A stretch of DNA of 64,000 nucleotides. Origin: Candidatus Krumholzibacteriia bacterium. GTDB taxonomy: Bacteria; Krumholzibacteriota; Krumholzibacteriia; JAJRXK01. Both the position numbers and the translations under genes were made by a program. The stretch is taken from contig JBGPIA010000001.1 in the NCBI GenBank assembly GCA_041484665.1, forward strand, positions 448,001 to 512,000, read 5' to 3'. Every line of letters starts with the position of its first letter. The first letter of the stretch is position 1. Of this stretch, positions 18,917 to 31,040 are shown piece by piece. The notes under the pieces are model-generated. The model worked only from the letters and a program-made list of their open reading frames with translations, had not been told where the DNA came from and ran no database searches.

Positions 18917-20083
18917 CTAGCGTGGAGGCGGATCGGCCCAGTCGCCGATCACGACGTCGGTGTCCCGAGGCCTGTCGGGCACATAGTTACCACACCAGAC
19001 CAGCCGACGGCCATCGGGCGAGAACATCGGGAACCCGTCGAAGGCGGGATTCCAGGTCAGACGCCGGCTGCTGCCGTCCGCCAGGTCGAGCAGGTAAAGC
19101 TCGAAATTGAAGCCGTAGCGCCCCTTGAGGGTTCCATCGAAGTCGTCGCGGTTGCTGGCGTAGACGATGCGGTGCCCATCCGGGTGCGGGTAGGGCGCCC
19201 AGCTGGTGACGCCCTTGTCCCCCTCGGCGGTGAGCTGCTTCGGGTTGCCCCCGTCAGCGTCCATCATGAACAGATCGAGCCTGGCCGGCCGGATCAGGTG
19301 CTGGGCCAGCAGGCGCCGGTAGTCCAGAAGCTCCTCGCCCTGCGGATGGCGCGCACGGAAGACGATCCGCTGGCCGTCGGCGGTGTAGCAGCCCCCGCCA
19401 TCGTAGCCCGGCGTCTGGGTGAGCCGGCGAACTTCATGTCCTTCGGGGTCCATGTCATAGAGCTCGAGGTCGCCGTCGCGATCGGAGGTGAACAGGACGC
19501 GCTTGCCGTCGGGGCGGAAGACGCACTCGGCATCGTAGCCCGGCGTATCGGTCAGGCGGATGGGCACTCCGCCCGACGTGGGCATCTTGAAGATGTCGTA
19601 CGTGGCGTAGACCGCCCAGGTGTAGCCCGCGGTCTGGTCTGGCGGCGGCGGGCATCCGTCACCCGCCGGATGGGTCGAGGCGTAGACGATCCAGCGTCCG
19701 TCCGGAGAGAAGAATCCGCAGGTGGTCCGTCCCTTCCCGCTGGAGACCTGCCGCAGCCCCGTCCCGTCCGGGGCCATGGCGTAGATGATATCGCAGCCGG
19801 CAGTGTCGCGCGTCGACTGGAAGACGAGCGTGCGCCCGTCCGGGGAGAAATACGCCTCGGCGTTATCCCACTTCTTGTGCCCACCCGGGTTGTCGGTGAG
19901 CCGGCGGACGTTGCGCAGCGCGGCATCGAAGTGGACGTCCTTGGGCAGCGTGGCGGCCGCCGCCAGCGAGAACTCCTGCGCCGGCCGCGGAGGCTGGGAC
20001 TTCTGACGGGCGGTGCTCCGCCACAGCAAGAGCGAGAGCAGGGCCAGCATCATGATGAAGACCAGGGGAACAGTCCTGCGCAT
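18917..20083 (-). CDS. Membrane-anchored TolB-like PD40 beta-propeller protein
   Basis: N-terminal TM/signal; repeats AYFSPDG, FFSPDG, FRPDG, YPHPDG, FSPDG; RLTDTPGYD. Confidence 0.88.
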   Translation of the reverse strand: MRRTVPLVFIMMLALLSLLLWRSTARQKSQPPRPAQEFSLAAAATLPKDVHFDAALRNVRRLTDNPGGHKKWDNAEAYFSPDGRTLVFQSTRDTAGCDIIYAMAPDGTGLRQVSSGKGRTTCGFFSPDGRWIVYASTHPAGDGCPPPPDQTAGYTWAVYATYDIFKMPTSGGVPIRLTDTPGYDAECVFRPDGKRVLFTSDRDGDLELYDMDPEGHEVRRLTQTPGYDGGGCYTADGQRIVFRARHPQGEELLDYRRLLAQHLIRPARLDLFMMDADGGNPKQLTAEGDKGVTSWAPYPHPDGHRIVYASNRDDFDGTLKGRYGFNFELYLLDLADGSSRRLTWNPAFDGFPMFSPDGRRLVWCGNYVPDRPRDTDVVIGDWADPPPR

Positions 20084-22188
20084 CAGACTCCACCCGTGGC
20101 TCGTGTCAGACCGAGGTCCTGCGCCATGGCCTGCGGGTCGTGGGCCGGGCGGCGGCAGACGAAGCCGCGGCAGACGTACGCCGCGGGCGCGCCGCCGGGC
20201 TGCGGATGCTTGCCCTGCACGGGCGACAGCAGAGCGGCCGCAGCATCCCCCACGTCCGCAGCTGGCGCAAGGGAGATCGTGAGCCCCGGGTGGAAGCCCG
20301 ACCGGGCGGCCGCCACCAGGGCCCCGGTGCGCGGGTCGAGAGCGTCGCCGGCCAGCACCAGCTGCACGCGCTCCGACAGCCACGCGTCCAGTGCGAGGAG
20401 CATTGTGGCCAGGCTCAACGGCTGCTCGCTCAGGACGGCGCTGAACGCGGAGAGGATCCGCTCCGCCTGGGCGGCATAGGCGTCCTCGCCGGTGAGCTCG
20501 AAGAGCGTGATGGAGTTGGCGGCCGCGAGCGAGTTCGCGGTGGGAGTCGCGCCGTCGTAGCCCGTCTTCACGCGCACGATCACGTCCGCCTGGCCCGTCG
20601 GCGTCGTGAACAGCGCCCCATCGGCGGGATCGGCGAAGCGCTCCATCATCTCGCGATGCAGCTCGATGGCAGCGCGCGCGTAGCGCAGATCGAAGCCAGC
20701 CTGGTAGAGCTCCAGCAGTCCGCGGACCAGGCAGGCGTACTCCTCGCTGGCAGCGGGGATGGCGGCTTCGCCGTCGCGGTACCGACGAAGCAGGCCACTG
20801 GGCGTGCGCAGCGTGCCCACCACGAAGTCGGCGGCGCGCGTCGCGGCGCTCAAGTAGCGCGCCTCCTCCAGCACGCTGGCGCCACGAGCGAGCGCGTGGA
20901 TCATCAGCCCGTTCCAGGCGGTCAGCACCTTGTCGTCGCGATGAGGGCGCACCCGACCGCTGCGGGCCGCCCTCAGGATCTCCCGGCCACGCTGCAGGCG
21001 TGCTTCCACATCGGCGACCGGCAGCCCGCGCGAGCCCGCCAGCTGCTCCGTCGTCGTGGCGCGATGCAGGATGTTGCGCCCCTCGAAATTGCCCTGCGCG
21101 GTGAGACCGTAGTGGTCGATGAGCAGCGGCGCGATGTCGGTCGGCAGCAGGCGCTCGACTTCAGCCAGGTCCCACAGGTAGAAGCGGCCCTCCTCCCCCT
21201 CGCTGTCGGCGTCCTGTGCGCTGTGGAAACCCCCCGTGGGATCGGTCATGTCGCGCAGCACGTAGTCCAGCGTCTCGCGCGCCACGCGGGCGTAGCGCGG
21301 CTGCCGCGTGAGCTGGTAGGCCTCCAGGTAATGGAAGGCGAGCTGAGCGTTGTCGTAGAGCATCTTCTCGAAGTGCGGCACGAGCCACTCGCCGTCGGTG
21401 GAGTAGCGCGCGAACCCGCCGCCGAGATGATCGTAGATCCCGCCGGCGGCCATTGCGTCCAGGGTGCGGCAGGCGATGGCCAGCGCCGTCGCGTCGCCCG
21501 TGCGGTGGAAGGTCCGCAGGCAAAGCGCGCCGAAATCCGCACGCGGAAACTTGGGCGCCCGCCCGAAGCCGCCGCGGCGGTCATCGTGCAGCCGGACGAG
21601 CTGGGCGTAGCCCGCGTCGAGGATCTCCGCGCCCAATGCCGCGCGCGCGCTGGGGAGAGTGGCGAGCTGCGTGAGCGCCGCGGCGTACTCGCCCGCCGCG
21701 TTCTGGATGTCGCTGCGGCGCTCGCGATACGCGGCGGCGATGGCGCCCAGCACCGCCGCGAATCCCGGACGGCCGTGGCGGTCGGCGGGCGGGAAGTACG
21801 TGCCCCCATAGAACGGCTTGCGCTCCGGCGTGAGCCAGACGTTCAGCGGCCAGCCGCCCTGCCCGGTCAGGCTCTGCACGAACGCCATGTAGATCTCATC
21901 GACGTCGGGGCGCTCCTCGCGGTCGACCTTCACCGGAACGAACTGCTCGTTCAAGAGCGCAGCGATGGCGGGATCCTCGAAGCTCTCACGCTCCATCACG
22001 TGGCACCAGTGGCACGTGGAGTATCCGATGGAGACGAACAGCGGCCGGTCCTCGCGGCGCGCCTTGGCGAACGCCTCCTCCCCCCACGCGTGCCAGTCCA
22101 CGGGGTTGTGTGCATGTTGCAAGAGGTAGGGGCTCTTTTCGCGCGCCAGCCGGTTGGCGGGTCGCTGGGGCAGGGCGTGCTGCTCCAC
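20083..22188 (-). CDS. yyaL: Thioredoxin-domain protein YyaL/SSP411 (SPATA20-like)
   Basis: [69 protein letters not shown]. Confidence 0.93.
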   Translation of the reverse strand: MEQHALPQRPANRLAREKSPYLLQHAHNPVDWHAWGEEAFAKARREDRPLFVSIGYSTCHWCHVMERESFEDPAIAALLNEQFVPVKVDREERPDVDEIYMAFVQSLTGQGGWPLNVWLTPERKPFYGGTYFPPADRHGRPGFAAVLGAIAAAYRERRSDIQNAAGEYAAALTQLATLPSARAALGAEILDAGYAQLVRLHDDRRGGFGRAPKFPRADFGALCLRTFHRTGDATALAIACRTLDAMAAGGIYDHLGGGFARYSTDGEWLVPHFEKMLYDNAQLAFHYLEAYQLTRQPRYARVARETLDYVLRDMTDPTGGFHSAQDADSEGEEGRFYLWDLAEVERLLPTDIAPLLIDHYGLTAQGNFEGRNILHRATTTEQLAGSRGLPVADVEARLQRGREILRAARSGRVRPHRDDKVLTAWNGLMIHALARGASVLEEARYLSAATRAADFVVGTLRTPSGLLRRYRDGEAAIPAASEEYACLVRGLLELYQAGFDLRYARAAIELHREMMERFADPADGALFTTPTGQADVIVRVKTGYDGATPTANSLAAANSITLFELTGEDAYAAQAERILSAFSAVLSEQPLSLATMLLALDAWLSERVQLVLAGDALDPRTGALVAAARSGFHPGLTISLAPAADVGDAAAALLSPVQGKHPQPGGAPAAYVCRGFVCRRPAHDPQAMAQDLGLTRATGGV

Positions 22189-22461
22189 GGGTGGCTCCTT
22201 GGCGTGGGAAAACACGGACGCGCAGGCCGATGCGGGGAGGAGCCGGGCGCCGGCCGCCATATCCCGCACGCACGGGAAGCCGCGGGGCCGGACGCGGCAA
22301 GATCCGTCGCCTTCGCCGGCCGGCCTCAAGGTAGAGGGGAGCTGCGGGTCCGTCCACGCCGCGCCCCTCAAGGGCGCGCGGGCGGGCGCCCGGGCCGGCC
22401 CTGCACCCTTGCCGGGCAATCTCTTCCCACGCGCGCACAGTCCTTGCAGGGACCCGCGCCA

Positions 22462-22594
22462 GAGATCCCCGGACCGATGAGGCTGCCCGGGCCCTGACGG
22501 GCGGCACCGCCACCGGTGGTGACCTTCGGCTTCCTCATCCCTGCGGGGGCGATGCCGCGCGAAGACCGCACGGGCAACCCCGGTCCGGGATCTC
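22462..22594 (-). ncRNA. Candidate structured RNA: 133-nt rod-like hairpin of unknown family
   Basis: Nested helices 22462-76/22581-94, 22480-89/22571-80, 22490-95/22562-67, 22501-11/22548-58; five positions pair as G-U only on the minus strand. Confidence 0.4.
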
Positions 22595-22640
22595 ACCTTC
22601 TGCTTTGCGCCCGCGCGCTGCCGTGACGCGTGAGCGCTCT

Positions 22641-22683
22641 ACGGCCCAGCCTTCCTCCCGAGGCTGGGCCGTTCCCTTTCCTT
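22641..22683 (+). terminator. Perfect 12-bp hairpin with pyrimidine tail (terminator-like)
   Basis: acggcccagcct-tcctcccg-aggctgggccgt followed by tccctttcctt. Confidence 0.5.
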
Positions 22684-22762
22684 GTGGTATCTTGCCCCGT
22701 CGCCGGCTCTGCCGGCCTCCGCGCGCACCTCCCGCGCAAGACGTCACGAGGAGCACTCCATC

Positions 22763-24280
<1,518 letters not shown>

Positions 24281-24337
24281 GTCCTGCGCGCTCCGTTGCG
24301 CAGGCGCACGCAGCAACGGCGGCCCGCTCGGCCGCGG

Positions 24338-24366
24338 TTGAGTTTTCCGGCCAGATGTGGTATAAA
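24338..24366 (+). promoter_or_regulatory. Sigma70-type promoter for the S8 peptidase
   Basis: TTGAGT-N17-TATAAA with an extended TG, in an AT-rich patch about 140 bp upstream of the ATG. Confidence 0.65.
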
Positions 24367-24506
24367 TACTTCTCCCTCAACGGTTTCACGGCTGGGACTG
24401 CCCGGACGGGACCGGGGGTTGCGTAGCCGACCCCAGGGCGCCCGGGACATTCCGAACGCTTCCTGCACCGAAGGCATCCCCCCATTCTGAAGGAGCCCGT
24501 CCACCC

Positions 24507-27500
24507 ATGGCACGTCGAGCTTTCTTCATTCTCCCGCTGCTGATCCTCGCGGCGGCCGGCTCCGCCCCGGGAGCGACCATCGACCCCGAGCTGCTGCAAA
24601 CGCTGAGCGCCAAGGGCCCCGGGGCCCAGGCTCCCGCGCTCATGCTGTTCGATGCCCCGGTCGATCTCGGGGCGCTGGACGCGTCGCTGCAGGGTGTGCC
24701 CTGGCGGGAGCGCCAGCTGCGCGTGATCGAGGTGCTGCAGGCCCACGCGGCCGCCACCCAGGCGGAGGCCATGGCGATCCTGCGCCAAGCTGAGAGCGCG
24801 GGACGCGTCTCGCAGTTGCGCTCGCTGTGGACCGTCAACGGCATCGCGTTCCGCGCCACGGCCGACGCAATCCAGAGCGTCGCACAAGCGAAAGCTCCGG
24901 CGGACATCGTCTACGACAAGCGCTATGACATGATCAGCGCGGTGACGGCGGCGCACCCGACGCCAGCGCAGGCGGCAGACCGCTCAGCGCCGGGCGCGCG
25001 CGTCCAGCCCCTGGTGCCAGTCACGGCGTGGAGCATCTCGTGGATCAGGGCGGATCAGGTCTGGCCGCTGGGCTACACCGGCGCGGGGGTGCTCGTCGCC
25101 GGAATGGACACCGGCGTCTGGCTGACGCATCCCGACATCGCAGGCCAGATCTTCACCAACCCGGGCGAGATTCCCGGCGACGGCATCGACAACGACAGCA
25201 ACGGCTACATCGATGACGTGCACGGCTACGACTTCGGCGATCGTGACTCCGACCCCAACGACGATGTGACCGGCGGGGGCTCCAACCACGGGACCCACAC
25301 CGCGGGCACCGTAGCGGGGAACGGGACCAACGGCACCTCCACCGGTGTCGCGCCGGGCTGCCGCTTCCTGCCGTGCAAGGTGTTCCCCAGCGCGGGCGGC
25401 GGCGCGGCGCTCAGCGACATCTGGGAAGCCCATGGCTACGCCATCCGGATGGGCGCGCGCGTCTTCACCGAGTCGCTCGGCGTGACCGGGATCCTGCCGC
25501 CCTCCCTGATGCGCAGCGCGCGCGTGGATGCCGACGCGATCCGCGTGGCGGGCGTGGCCTACTTCAATTCGGCGGGTAACGACGGTGGGACGTCGAACCT
25601 CCCGCCCGACCAGTTGGGCCTCACCGCCCGCGTCCCGTCAGCGTGGAACGCCAACGCGGCCGTGCCCTGGAGCTCGCGCGGCGGCGTGAACGCGGTCGGC
25701 GGCACCGGCTACAAGAGCGATGCGGCGTATGCGGGCTCGTCGATGGGCCCGTCGAGCTGGGCGCTGGTCGCCCCGTGGAACGACTGGCCGCTGCCGGACG
25801 GGCTCACCAAGCCCGATGTCTGCGCCCCGGGCGTGCTGGTCAACTCGCTGCAGAAGCCGAACGGGTACTCCGGCGACAGCTGGACCGGCACCTCGATGTC
25901 GTGCCCGCACACCGCCGGCACGGCCGCGCTCATGTTGCAGAAGAACCCAGCGCTTACCCCAGTGGACATCGATCGCATCCTGGAGCAGACCTGCGTGGAC
26001 CTGGGGGTCGCGGGCAAGGACAACCAGTTCGGCGCTGGGCGCATCGACGCGCTGGCCGCGGTCAACGCCGTGCCTGCGGCGCAGCTGCCCTACGTCGTAC
26101 AGACCGCGCTGGGCTTCCACGAGCCCGGCGGGAACGGCTACATCGACCCGGGCGAGACCATCGACGTGATCATCCAGCTCACCAACAACAGCGCGGTGAT
26201 CAACGCGACCGCGGTGACCGGAGCGTTGTCCGTGGCCGCGAACCCCTACGTGACGGTCATCGACGGCGCGAGCGGCTATCCCAACCTCGCGGCCGGCGGC
26301 GGCTCCGCCGACAACTCCGCCGACGTTTTCACCGTGAGCGTCGCCCCCGGCACGCCACAGGGCTTTCTGATGACGCTGCTGCTCACCATCACGACGGCAG
26401 AGGGCTACACCGTCACCATCGACAGCCAGCTACAGGTCGGCCTGACTGACTTCCTGACGCACGACGTCGGGGCCGTGTACGGCACGGTGACCGATTCGGG
26501 GATCCTCGGGTATACCGACAGCGACCACGGCTTCGGCGAGGGCTTCGGCCCCACCGGCGAGGCCAGTGCGCTGTACGTGGGCTCGTTGTGGGGCGGACAG
26601 AACGCCGGCTACGTTTGCAATCACGATTACCCCGGTACGGGCGTGACGCTCGAGACCGCCGAGTGGCGGACCGTGACCAACCCCAACGGACGCGTGCTGA
26701 AAGTCACGCCGCCCAGGTCCAACCAGGACTTCCGGTCGCTGTTCGACGACAGCGGTGCTCTCACGCCCAAGAGCCTCCAGATCACCCAGGAGAGCTACGC
26801 GTTCAGCACTCCGGGCTACGACAAGTTCATCATCCTCACGTACCGGGTGAAGAACCTGGCTGCGACCACGCTCACGACCTATCACGCGGGAGTGTTCTGC
26901 GACTGGGACATCGCCGATGGCAACAACCTGGGCGGTGTGGACACCGCCCGGCGCATGACCTACATGAACGCGGGGCCCGGCGTGGCGGATGGGCCATTCT
27001 ACGGGATCCAGCTCATCTTCCCCGCGGCCTACCGCAACCTCGCCCTGATCAACAACGCCACGTTCGTGTACCCCGACGGCCGCATCAACGATACCAACAA
27101 GGCGCGCCTCCTGCGCGGGCTGATCACCAACACGGTCGCGTCGAGCCTGATCGACTGGTCGGCGCTGACTTCGACGGGGCCCTACGATATACCGGCGGGC
27201 GCCGAGCTGGAGTTCACCTTCGCGCTCGTGTATGGAACGACGCTCGCCGACCTGCTGGCCAACGCCGACGCGGCGCAGAACCGCTACGCGTGGCTGCAGG
27301 CGGCCGACGCGAGCGAGCGGCCGCAGCCGCTGCCGGCCGCGCTGTTCCAGAACGCGCCCAACCCGTTCAACCCGGCCACTACGATCCGCTTCGCGGTGCA
27401 GCGGGAGGGCCCGGTGAGTCTGGCCGTCTACGACCTGGCGGGACGCAAGGTGCGGATCCTGGAGGAGCGGACGTTCACGGCCGGCCAGTGGTCGGTGCGC

Positions 27501-27608
27501 TGGGACGGGACCAACGACCGCGGCGAGCCGATGCCGTCGGGGATGTACTTCTACCGGCTCGAGGCGGACGGCAAGCGCCTCGCCCGCAAGATGATGATGG
27601 TCAAATAG
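24507..27608 (+). CDS. Secreted S8 (subtilisin) serine peptidase with a C-terminal FlgD-Ig/T9SS-like tail
   Basis: Signal peptide and propeptide; DTG, HGTHTAG, GTSMSCPH triad; DNDSNGYIDD; NAPNPFNPATTIRF...WDGTNDRG..SGMYFYRL. Confidence 0.92.
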   Translation: MARRAFFILPLLILAAAGSAPGATIDPELLQTLSAKGPGAQAPALMLFDAPVDLGALDASLQGVPWRERQLRVIEVLQAHAAATQAEAMAILRQAESAGRVSQLRSLWTVNGIAFRATADAIQSVAQAKAPADIVYDKRYDMISAVTAAHPTPAQAADRSAPGARVQPLVPVTAWSISWIRADQVWPLGYTGAGVLVAGMDTGVWLTHPDIAGQIFTNPGEIPGDGIDNDSNGYIDDVHGYDFGDRDSDPNDDVTGGGSNHGTHTAGTVAGNGTNGTSTGVAPGCRFLPCKVFPSAGGGAALSDIWEAHGYAIRMGARVFTESLGVTGILPPSLMRSARVDADAIRVAGVAYFNSAGNDGGTSNLPPDQLGLTARVPSAWNANAAVPWSSRGGVNAVGGTGYKSDAAYAGSSMGPSSWALVAPWNDWPLPDGLTKPDVCAPGVLVNSLQKPNGYSGDSWTGTSMSCPHTAGTAALMLQKNPALTPVDIDRILEQTCVDLGVAGKDNQFGAGRIDALAAVNAVPAAQLPYVVQTALGFHEPGGNGYIDPGETIDVIIQLTNNSAVINATAVTGALSVAANPYVTVIDGASGYPNLAAGGGSADNSADVFTVSVAPGTPQGFLMTLLLTITTAEGYTVTIDSQLQVGLTDFLTHDVGAVYGTVTDSGILGYTDSDHGFGEGFGPTGEASALYVGSLWGGQNAGYVCNHDYPGTGVTLETAEWRTVTNPNGRVLKVTPPRSNQDFRSLFDDSGALTPKSLQITQESYAFSTPGYDKFIILTYRVKNLAATTLTTYHAGVFCDWDIADGNNLGGVDTARRMTYMNAGPGVADGPFYGIQLIFPAAYRNLALINNATFVYPDGRINDTNKARLLRGLITNTVASSLIDWSALTSTGPYDIPAGAELEFTFALVYGTTLADLLANADAAQNRYAWLQAADASERPQPLPAALFQNAPNPFNPATTIRFAVQREGPVSLAVYDLAGRKVRILEERTFTAGQWSVRWDGTNDRGEPMPSGMYFYRLEADGKRLARKMMMVK

Positions 27609-27618
27609 GCACGACTGC

Positions 27619-27649
27619 CCGGCCGGCGGGGTCGTCCCCCGCCGGCCGG
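27619..27649. terminator. 13-bp GC hairpin between the convergent S8 peptidase and phoR
   Basis: ccggccggcgggg-tcgtc-ccccgccggccgg. Confidence 0.55.
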
Positions 27650-27725
27650 CGCGATGGCACGCGGTCCGATCGCGCTTGCCCGGCGTGGCGCCCGGGGTCG
27701 GGCCGTTCGTGTTGCCGGTCCGGCC

Positions 27726-29579
27726 TCACGCCGCGCCCGGACGCTCGCGTTGCGCCAGCGGGACCGCCGCGGACGCGGCGGCGCCGGCGCGGGCGCCGAT
27801 GCGCGGCAGGGTCAGCCAGAAGACCGAGCCCCTGGGCTGCGCGGGCTCCACGCCGACGCTCCCCCCCATGGCCGTCACGAGGTGCTTGACGATGGCCAGT
27901 CCGAGCCCGGTCCCGCCCAGTGCGCGGGAGCGTCCCGGATCCACCCGGTAGAACCGCTCGAAGATCCGCTCGCGGTGCTCGGGGGCGATGCCCGGCCCGT
28001 CGTCGCGCACCTCGATGCGCGTCGCTCCTGCGGCGGGCAGCGCGCGCAGGAGCACGTGGCCGCCGTCGGGCGTGTACTTGACGGCGTTGTCCGCGAGGTT
28101 GAGCAGCACCTGATCGACGGCTTTTGCGTCGCCGAGCACGGCGATCTCCTCGTCGCACTCCACCTGGAAGTGCAGTCGCTTCGCAATGGCCGGCACTTGA
28201 ACCGCCTCCAAGCTGCGCCGCAGCGCCGGCGCGACGGCCAATGGCTGTAGCTCCAACGGGTGACGCCCTGCCTCCAGCCGCGAGATATCCAGCAGGTCGG
28301 CCACCAAGCGGGCCAGGCGCTCCGCATTGCGCCCCAACCCCTCGAGGAATTCCCGGGCGCGCGCCGGGTCGGACAGCCCTCCGGCCAGCAGTGTCTCGGC
28401 GTTGGCCAGGATCACGCTGACCGGAGTGCGCAGCTCATGGGAGACGTTGGCCACGAAGTCGCGCCGCACGGCCTCCAGCCGGCGCAGCTCCGTCACATCG
28501 CGCAGGACGAGAACGCTGCCCCCGGTGGCGCGCAGGGGCGCCGCCCGTACCAGCAGCTGTTTGCCTCCAGCCAGCTCGAGCTCGCCCACGGCCTCGCTTC
28601 CACCCACGGCCCGCGCGACAAGCTCGTGCACGGCGGGTGCGCGGGTCACTTCCACCAGGGCGCGCCCCACGGGCGGATCCGCGAGGCCCAGCAGCGCCAG
28701 GGCGGCCCGGTTGGCGAGCGTGACTCGCTGGGAGCTGTCGAGAGCCAGCACGGCTTCCTCCATGCCCTCGAGCACGGCTGCGAACCGGTCGCGCTCCTGC
28801 GCGAGATCGGCGACGCTGCGCTCCAGCTCGTCGGCCATCCGATTGAAGCTGCCGGCCAGGCCGGCCAGCTCGTCGTGCGAGCGCACGGCCAGGCGCCGGG
28901 GCGACGCTCCGCGCGCGATGGCGCCGGCGTGCCGGACGAGGCTGCGCAGCTCCCGCGCGGAGAACCACGAAGCGCCCGCGCTCATCAGGACCGCGGTCAC
29001 CAGCCCCAGCAGGCCTGCGACGAGGATGAGGAAGCGTAGCTCGTCCAGCGTGTGGTCGATCTGGTCGTGCGGGAGCATCGCGCGGATCATCCCGCGGCCT
29101 TCCGGACGGACCCACGGGACGCTCACCGCAATCATGTCCGGAGCGCCCGCGATGGGCACGCCGAGCGTGCGGGCGCCGCGCGCAGGGCCGCCGGAGGCTG
29201 GCCCGGCCGGCGCGCCCTGGGGCGCGTCGGGCGGCCCGGCCTGCGGCCCGCCCCCTAAGCCGCTCTGCGCGGCCAGGACGGTGGCGTCGAACTGCGAGTC
29301 GCCCAGCACGCGGCCGCCGTGGTCGACGATGGTGATGCGCGCGCCCGTGGCTTGCCCCAGGCGGTCGGCCAGCGGGTCCACCTGCTCCACGGTGGCCGCG
29401 CCGCGCGCGTCCTCGACCAACGCCCGGCCAGATTGCGCGTCGGCGAGCAACTCGCGCTCGATGCGCCGCTCCATCCAGCGCCGCAATTCGTGCCCCAGGT
29501 AGGCCCCGCTGGCGAGACCAACGGCGAGGATCGTAAGCAGCGAGAGGACGAAGAGCTTGCCGCGGACGCCCAGCTTCAA
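27726..29579 (-). CDS. phoR: Phosphate regulon sensor histidine kinase (HAMP-PAS-HisKA-HATPase)
   Basis: RRDFVANVSHELRTP, NLADNAVKY, DDGPGI, FYRVD, GTGLGLAIVKH; in the pst-pho operon. Confidence 0.9.
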   Translation of the reverse strand: MKLGVRGKLFVLSLLTILAVGLASGAYLGHELRRWMERRIERELLADAQSGRALVEDARGAATVEQVDPLADRLGQATGARITIVDHGGRVLGDSQFDATVLAAQSGLGGGPQAGPPDAPQGAPAGPASGGPARGARTLGVPIAGAPDMIAVSVPWVRPEGRGMIRAMLPHDQIDHTLDELRFLILVAGLLGLVTAVLMSAGASWFSARELRSLVRHAGAIARGASPRRLAVRSHDELAGLAGSFNRMADELERSVADLAQERDRFAAVLEGMEEAVLALDSSQRVTLANRAALALLGLADPPVGRALVEVTRAPAVHELVARAVGGSEAVGELELAGGKQLLVRAAPLRATGGSVLVLRDVTELRRLEAVRRDFVANVSHELRTPVSVILANAETLLAGGLSDPARAREFLEGLGRNAERLARLVADLLDISRLEAGRHPLELQPLAVAPALRRSLEAVQVPAIAKRLHFQVECDEEIAVLGDAKAVDQVLLNLADNAVKYTPDGGHVLLRALPAAGATRIEVRDDGPGIAPEHRERIFERFYRVDPGRSRALGGTGLGLAIVKHLVTAMGGSVGVEPAQPRGSVFWLTLPRIGARAGAAASAAVPLAQRERPGAA

Positions 29580-30283
29580 AGCGGCTCCTCATCGGGATGG
29601 GCGCGCAGGCGGTAGCCCACGCCGCGCAGCGTCTCCACCAGGACTCCGGCCGGCCCCAGCTTCTCGCGCAGGCGTTTGACGTGGGTGTCGACGGTGCGGG
29701 TCTCTACCTCGGCGTGGATCCCCCACACGTCGCTCAAGAGCTGGTCGCGGCTCTGGACGCGCCCGCGGCGCGACAGGAACGTGGCCAGCAACCGGAACTC
29801 GAGCGCGGTGAGCTTGACCTCCCGCTCCTCCACCCACACGCGGTGGCTGGCGTGGTCCACGCGGATCGAACCGAAAACCGTCAGCGGCTCCGCACCGCTT
29901 TGGGGGGCGTGGGCGCGACGCAGCAGCGACTTCACCCGCAGCAGCAGCTCCCGCACGCTGAATGGCTTCACGACGTAGTCGTCGGCTCCCACCTCGAAGC
30001 CGACCACGCGGTCGATCTCCTCACCTTTGGCCGTGAGCATGAGCACCGGCACCGCGCGCGTGCGCTCAGCCTGGCGCAGCGCCCGGCAGATCTCGGTCCC
30101 CGAGACGTCGGGGAGCATGAGGTCCAGCAGCACGAGCTCGGGCAGCGGATCATGCTCCAACGCCGCCAGGGCCGCGCGGCCGGTCAGTACCGCCTGCGTG
30201 CGAAAGCCCTCGCGTTGCAGGTTGTACTCCAGCACGCTCACCAGGTCCTGCTCGTCCTCGACGATGAGGATCCGCTGCGCCAT
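29576..30283 (-). CDS. phoB: OmpR-family response regulator PhoB
   Basis: VEDE, LLDLMLPD, GADDYVVKPF, TRTVDTHVKRLREKLG, RGVGY. Confidence 0.9.
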   Translation of the reverse strand: MAQRILIVEDEQDLVSVLEYNLQREGFRTQAVLTGRAALAALEHDPLPELVLLDLMLPDVSGTEICRALRQAERTRAVPVLMLTAKGEEIDRVVGFEVGADDYVVKPFSVRELLLRVKSLLRRAHAPQSGAEPLTVFGSIRVDHASHRVWVEEREVKLTALEFRLLATFLSRRGRVQSRDQLLSDVWGIHAEVETRTVDTHVKRLREKLGPAGVLVETLRGVGYRLRAHPDEEPL

Positions 30284-30310
30284 TGCCGCGACGTCCCGCC
30301 CCCGGCCGCG

Positions 30311-31024
30311 TTACCCGCGCGGCTCGCCCGGCTGGGGCTTGTCCCCGCCGGCCGAGCCGCTGCGCAGGCGCTGGCCGTGCCGCTGGATGTCGCCGCGGGC
30401 CATGTAGAGGACGTCTTCGGCGATGTTCGTCGCGTGGTCGGCGATGCGCTCGAACTGCCGGGAGATCACCAGCAGGCTGATGTACTGCTCCGCGAGCTGC
30501 GAATTGGCCAGGATGCCGGCCTCGACGTGGTCATACATCCCGCGATGGATCGAGTCCACTTCATCGTCGGTCTTGAGCACCGACTCCGCGGCGTCGGCGT
30601 CGATCTTGACCAGCGAGTCCAGCGCGTGCTTGAGCATCACCTGGACCAGGGAGGCCATCCGGAAGATGTCCGGCGGGAGGCTAATCGTCCACGGACGGCC
30701 GATGCGCCGTGCGGACTGCTGTGCCAGGTTCACCGCCAGGTCGCCGATGCGCTCCAGATCGTTGTTGATCTTGAGCACCGCGACGATGTAGCGCAGGTCG
30801 AAGGCCACGGGCTGGTACAGCGCCAGCGCGTGGAGGCATTCCTCCTCCACCTCCACCTCCATCAGGTCGATCTCCAGATCGCTCTGGATCACCCGGTCCG
30901 CCAGGGCGACGTCCCGGGCCGAGATGGACCGGATGGCCCCCTCGACGGACTGCTCCACCAGGCCGCCCAGCGACAGGATCATGCGATTGATCTTGTCGAG
31001 GTGGTGCTGGAAGTGAAGGGTCAT
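30311..31024 (-). CDS. phoU: Phosphate signaling protein PhoU
   Basis: QPVAFDLR, DLERIGD, DDEVD, ERIADHATNIAE. Confidence 0.95.
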   Translation of the reverse strand: MTLHFQHHLDKINRMILSLGGLVEQSVEGAIRSISARDVALADRVIQSDLEIDLMEVEVEEECLHALALYQPVAFDLRYIVAVLKINNDLERIGDLAVNLAQQSARRIGRPWTISLPPDIFRMASLVQVMLKHALDSLVKIDADAAESVLKTDDEVDSIHRGMYDHVEAGILANSQLAEQYISLLVISRQFERIADHATNIAEDVLYMARGDIQRHGQRLRSGSAGGDKPQPGEPRG

Positions 31025-31040
31025 CGATCGCGCCTCCGTG

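Noticed and set aside
22189..22596. N-terminal extension of yyaL in the ORF track, and similar extensions for serA, GT4, the MFS gene and bcp
   Set aside because: Family motifs, RBSs or gene overlaps point to downstream starts
22329..22642. Possible lysine riboswitch (GGTAGAGG...GAGCGCT) upstream of ALDH7
   Set aside because: The span of about 310 nt is too long and the internal conserved motifs (GCCGAA, ACUGUC) are not in place
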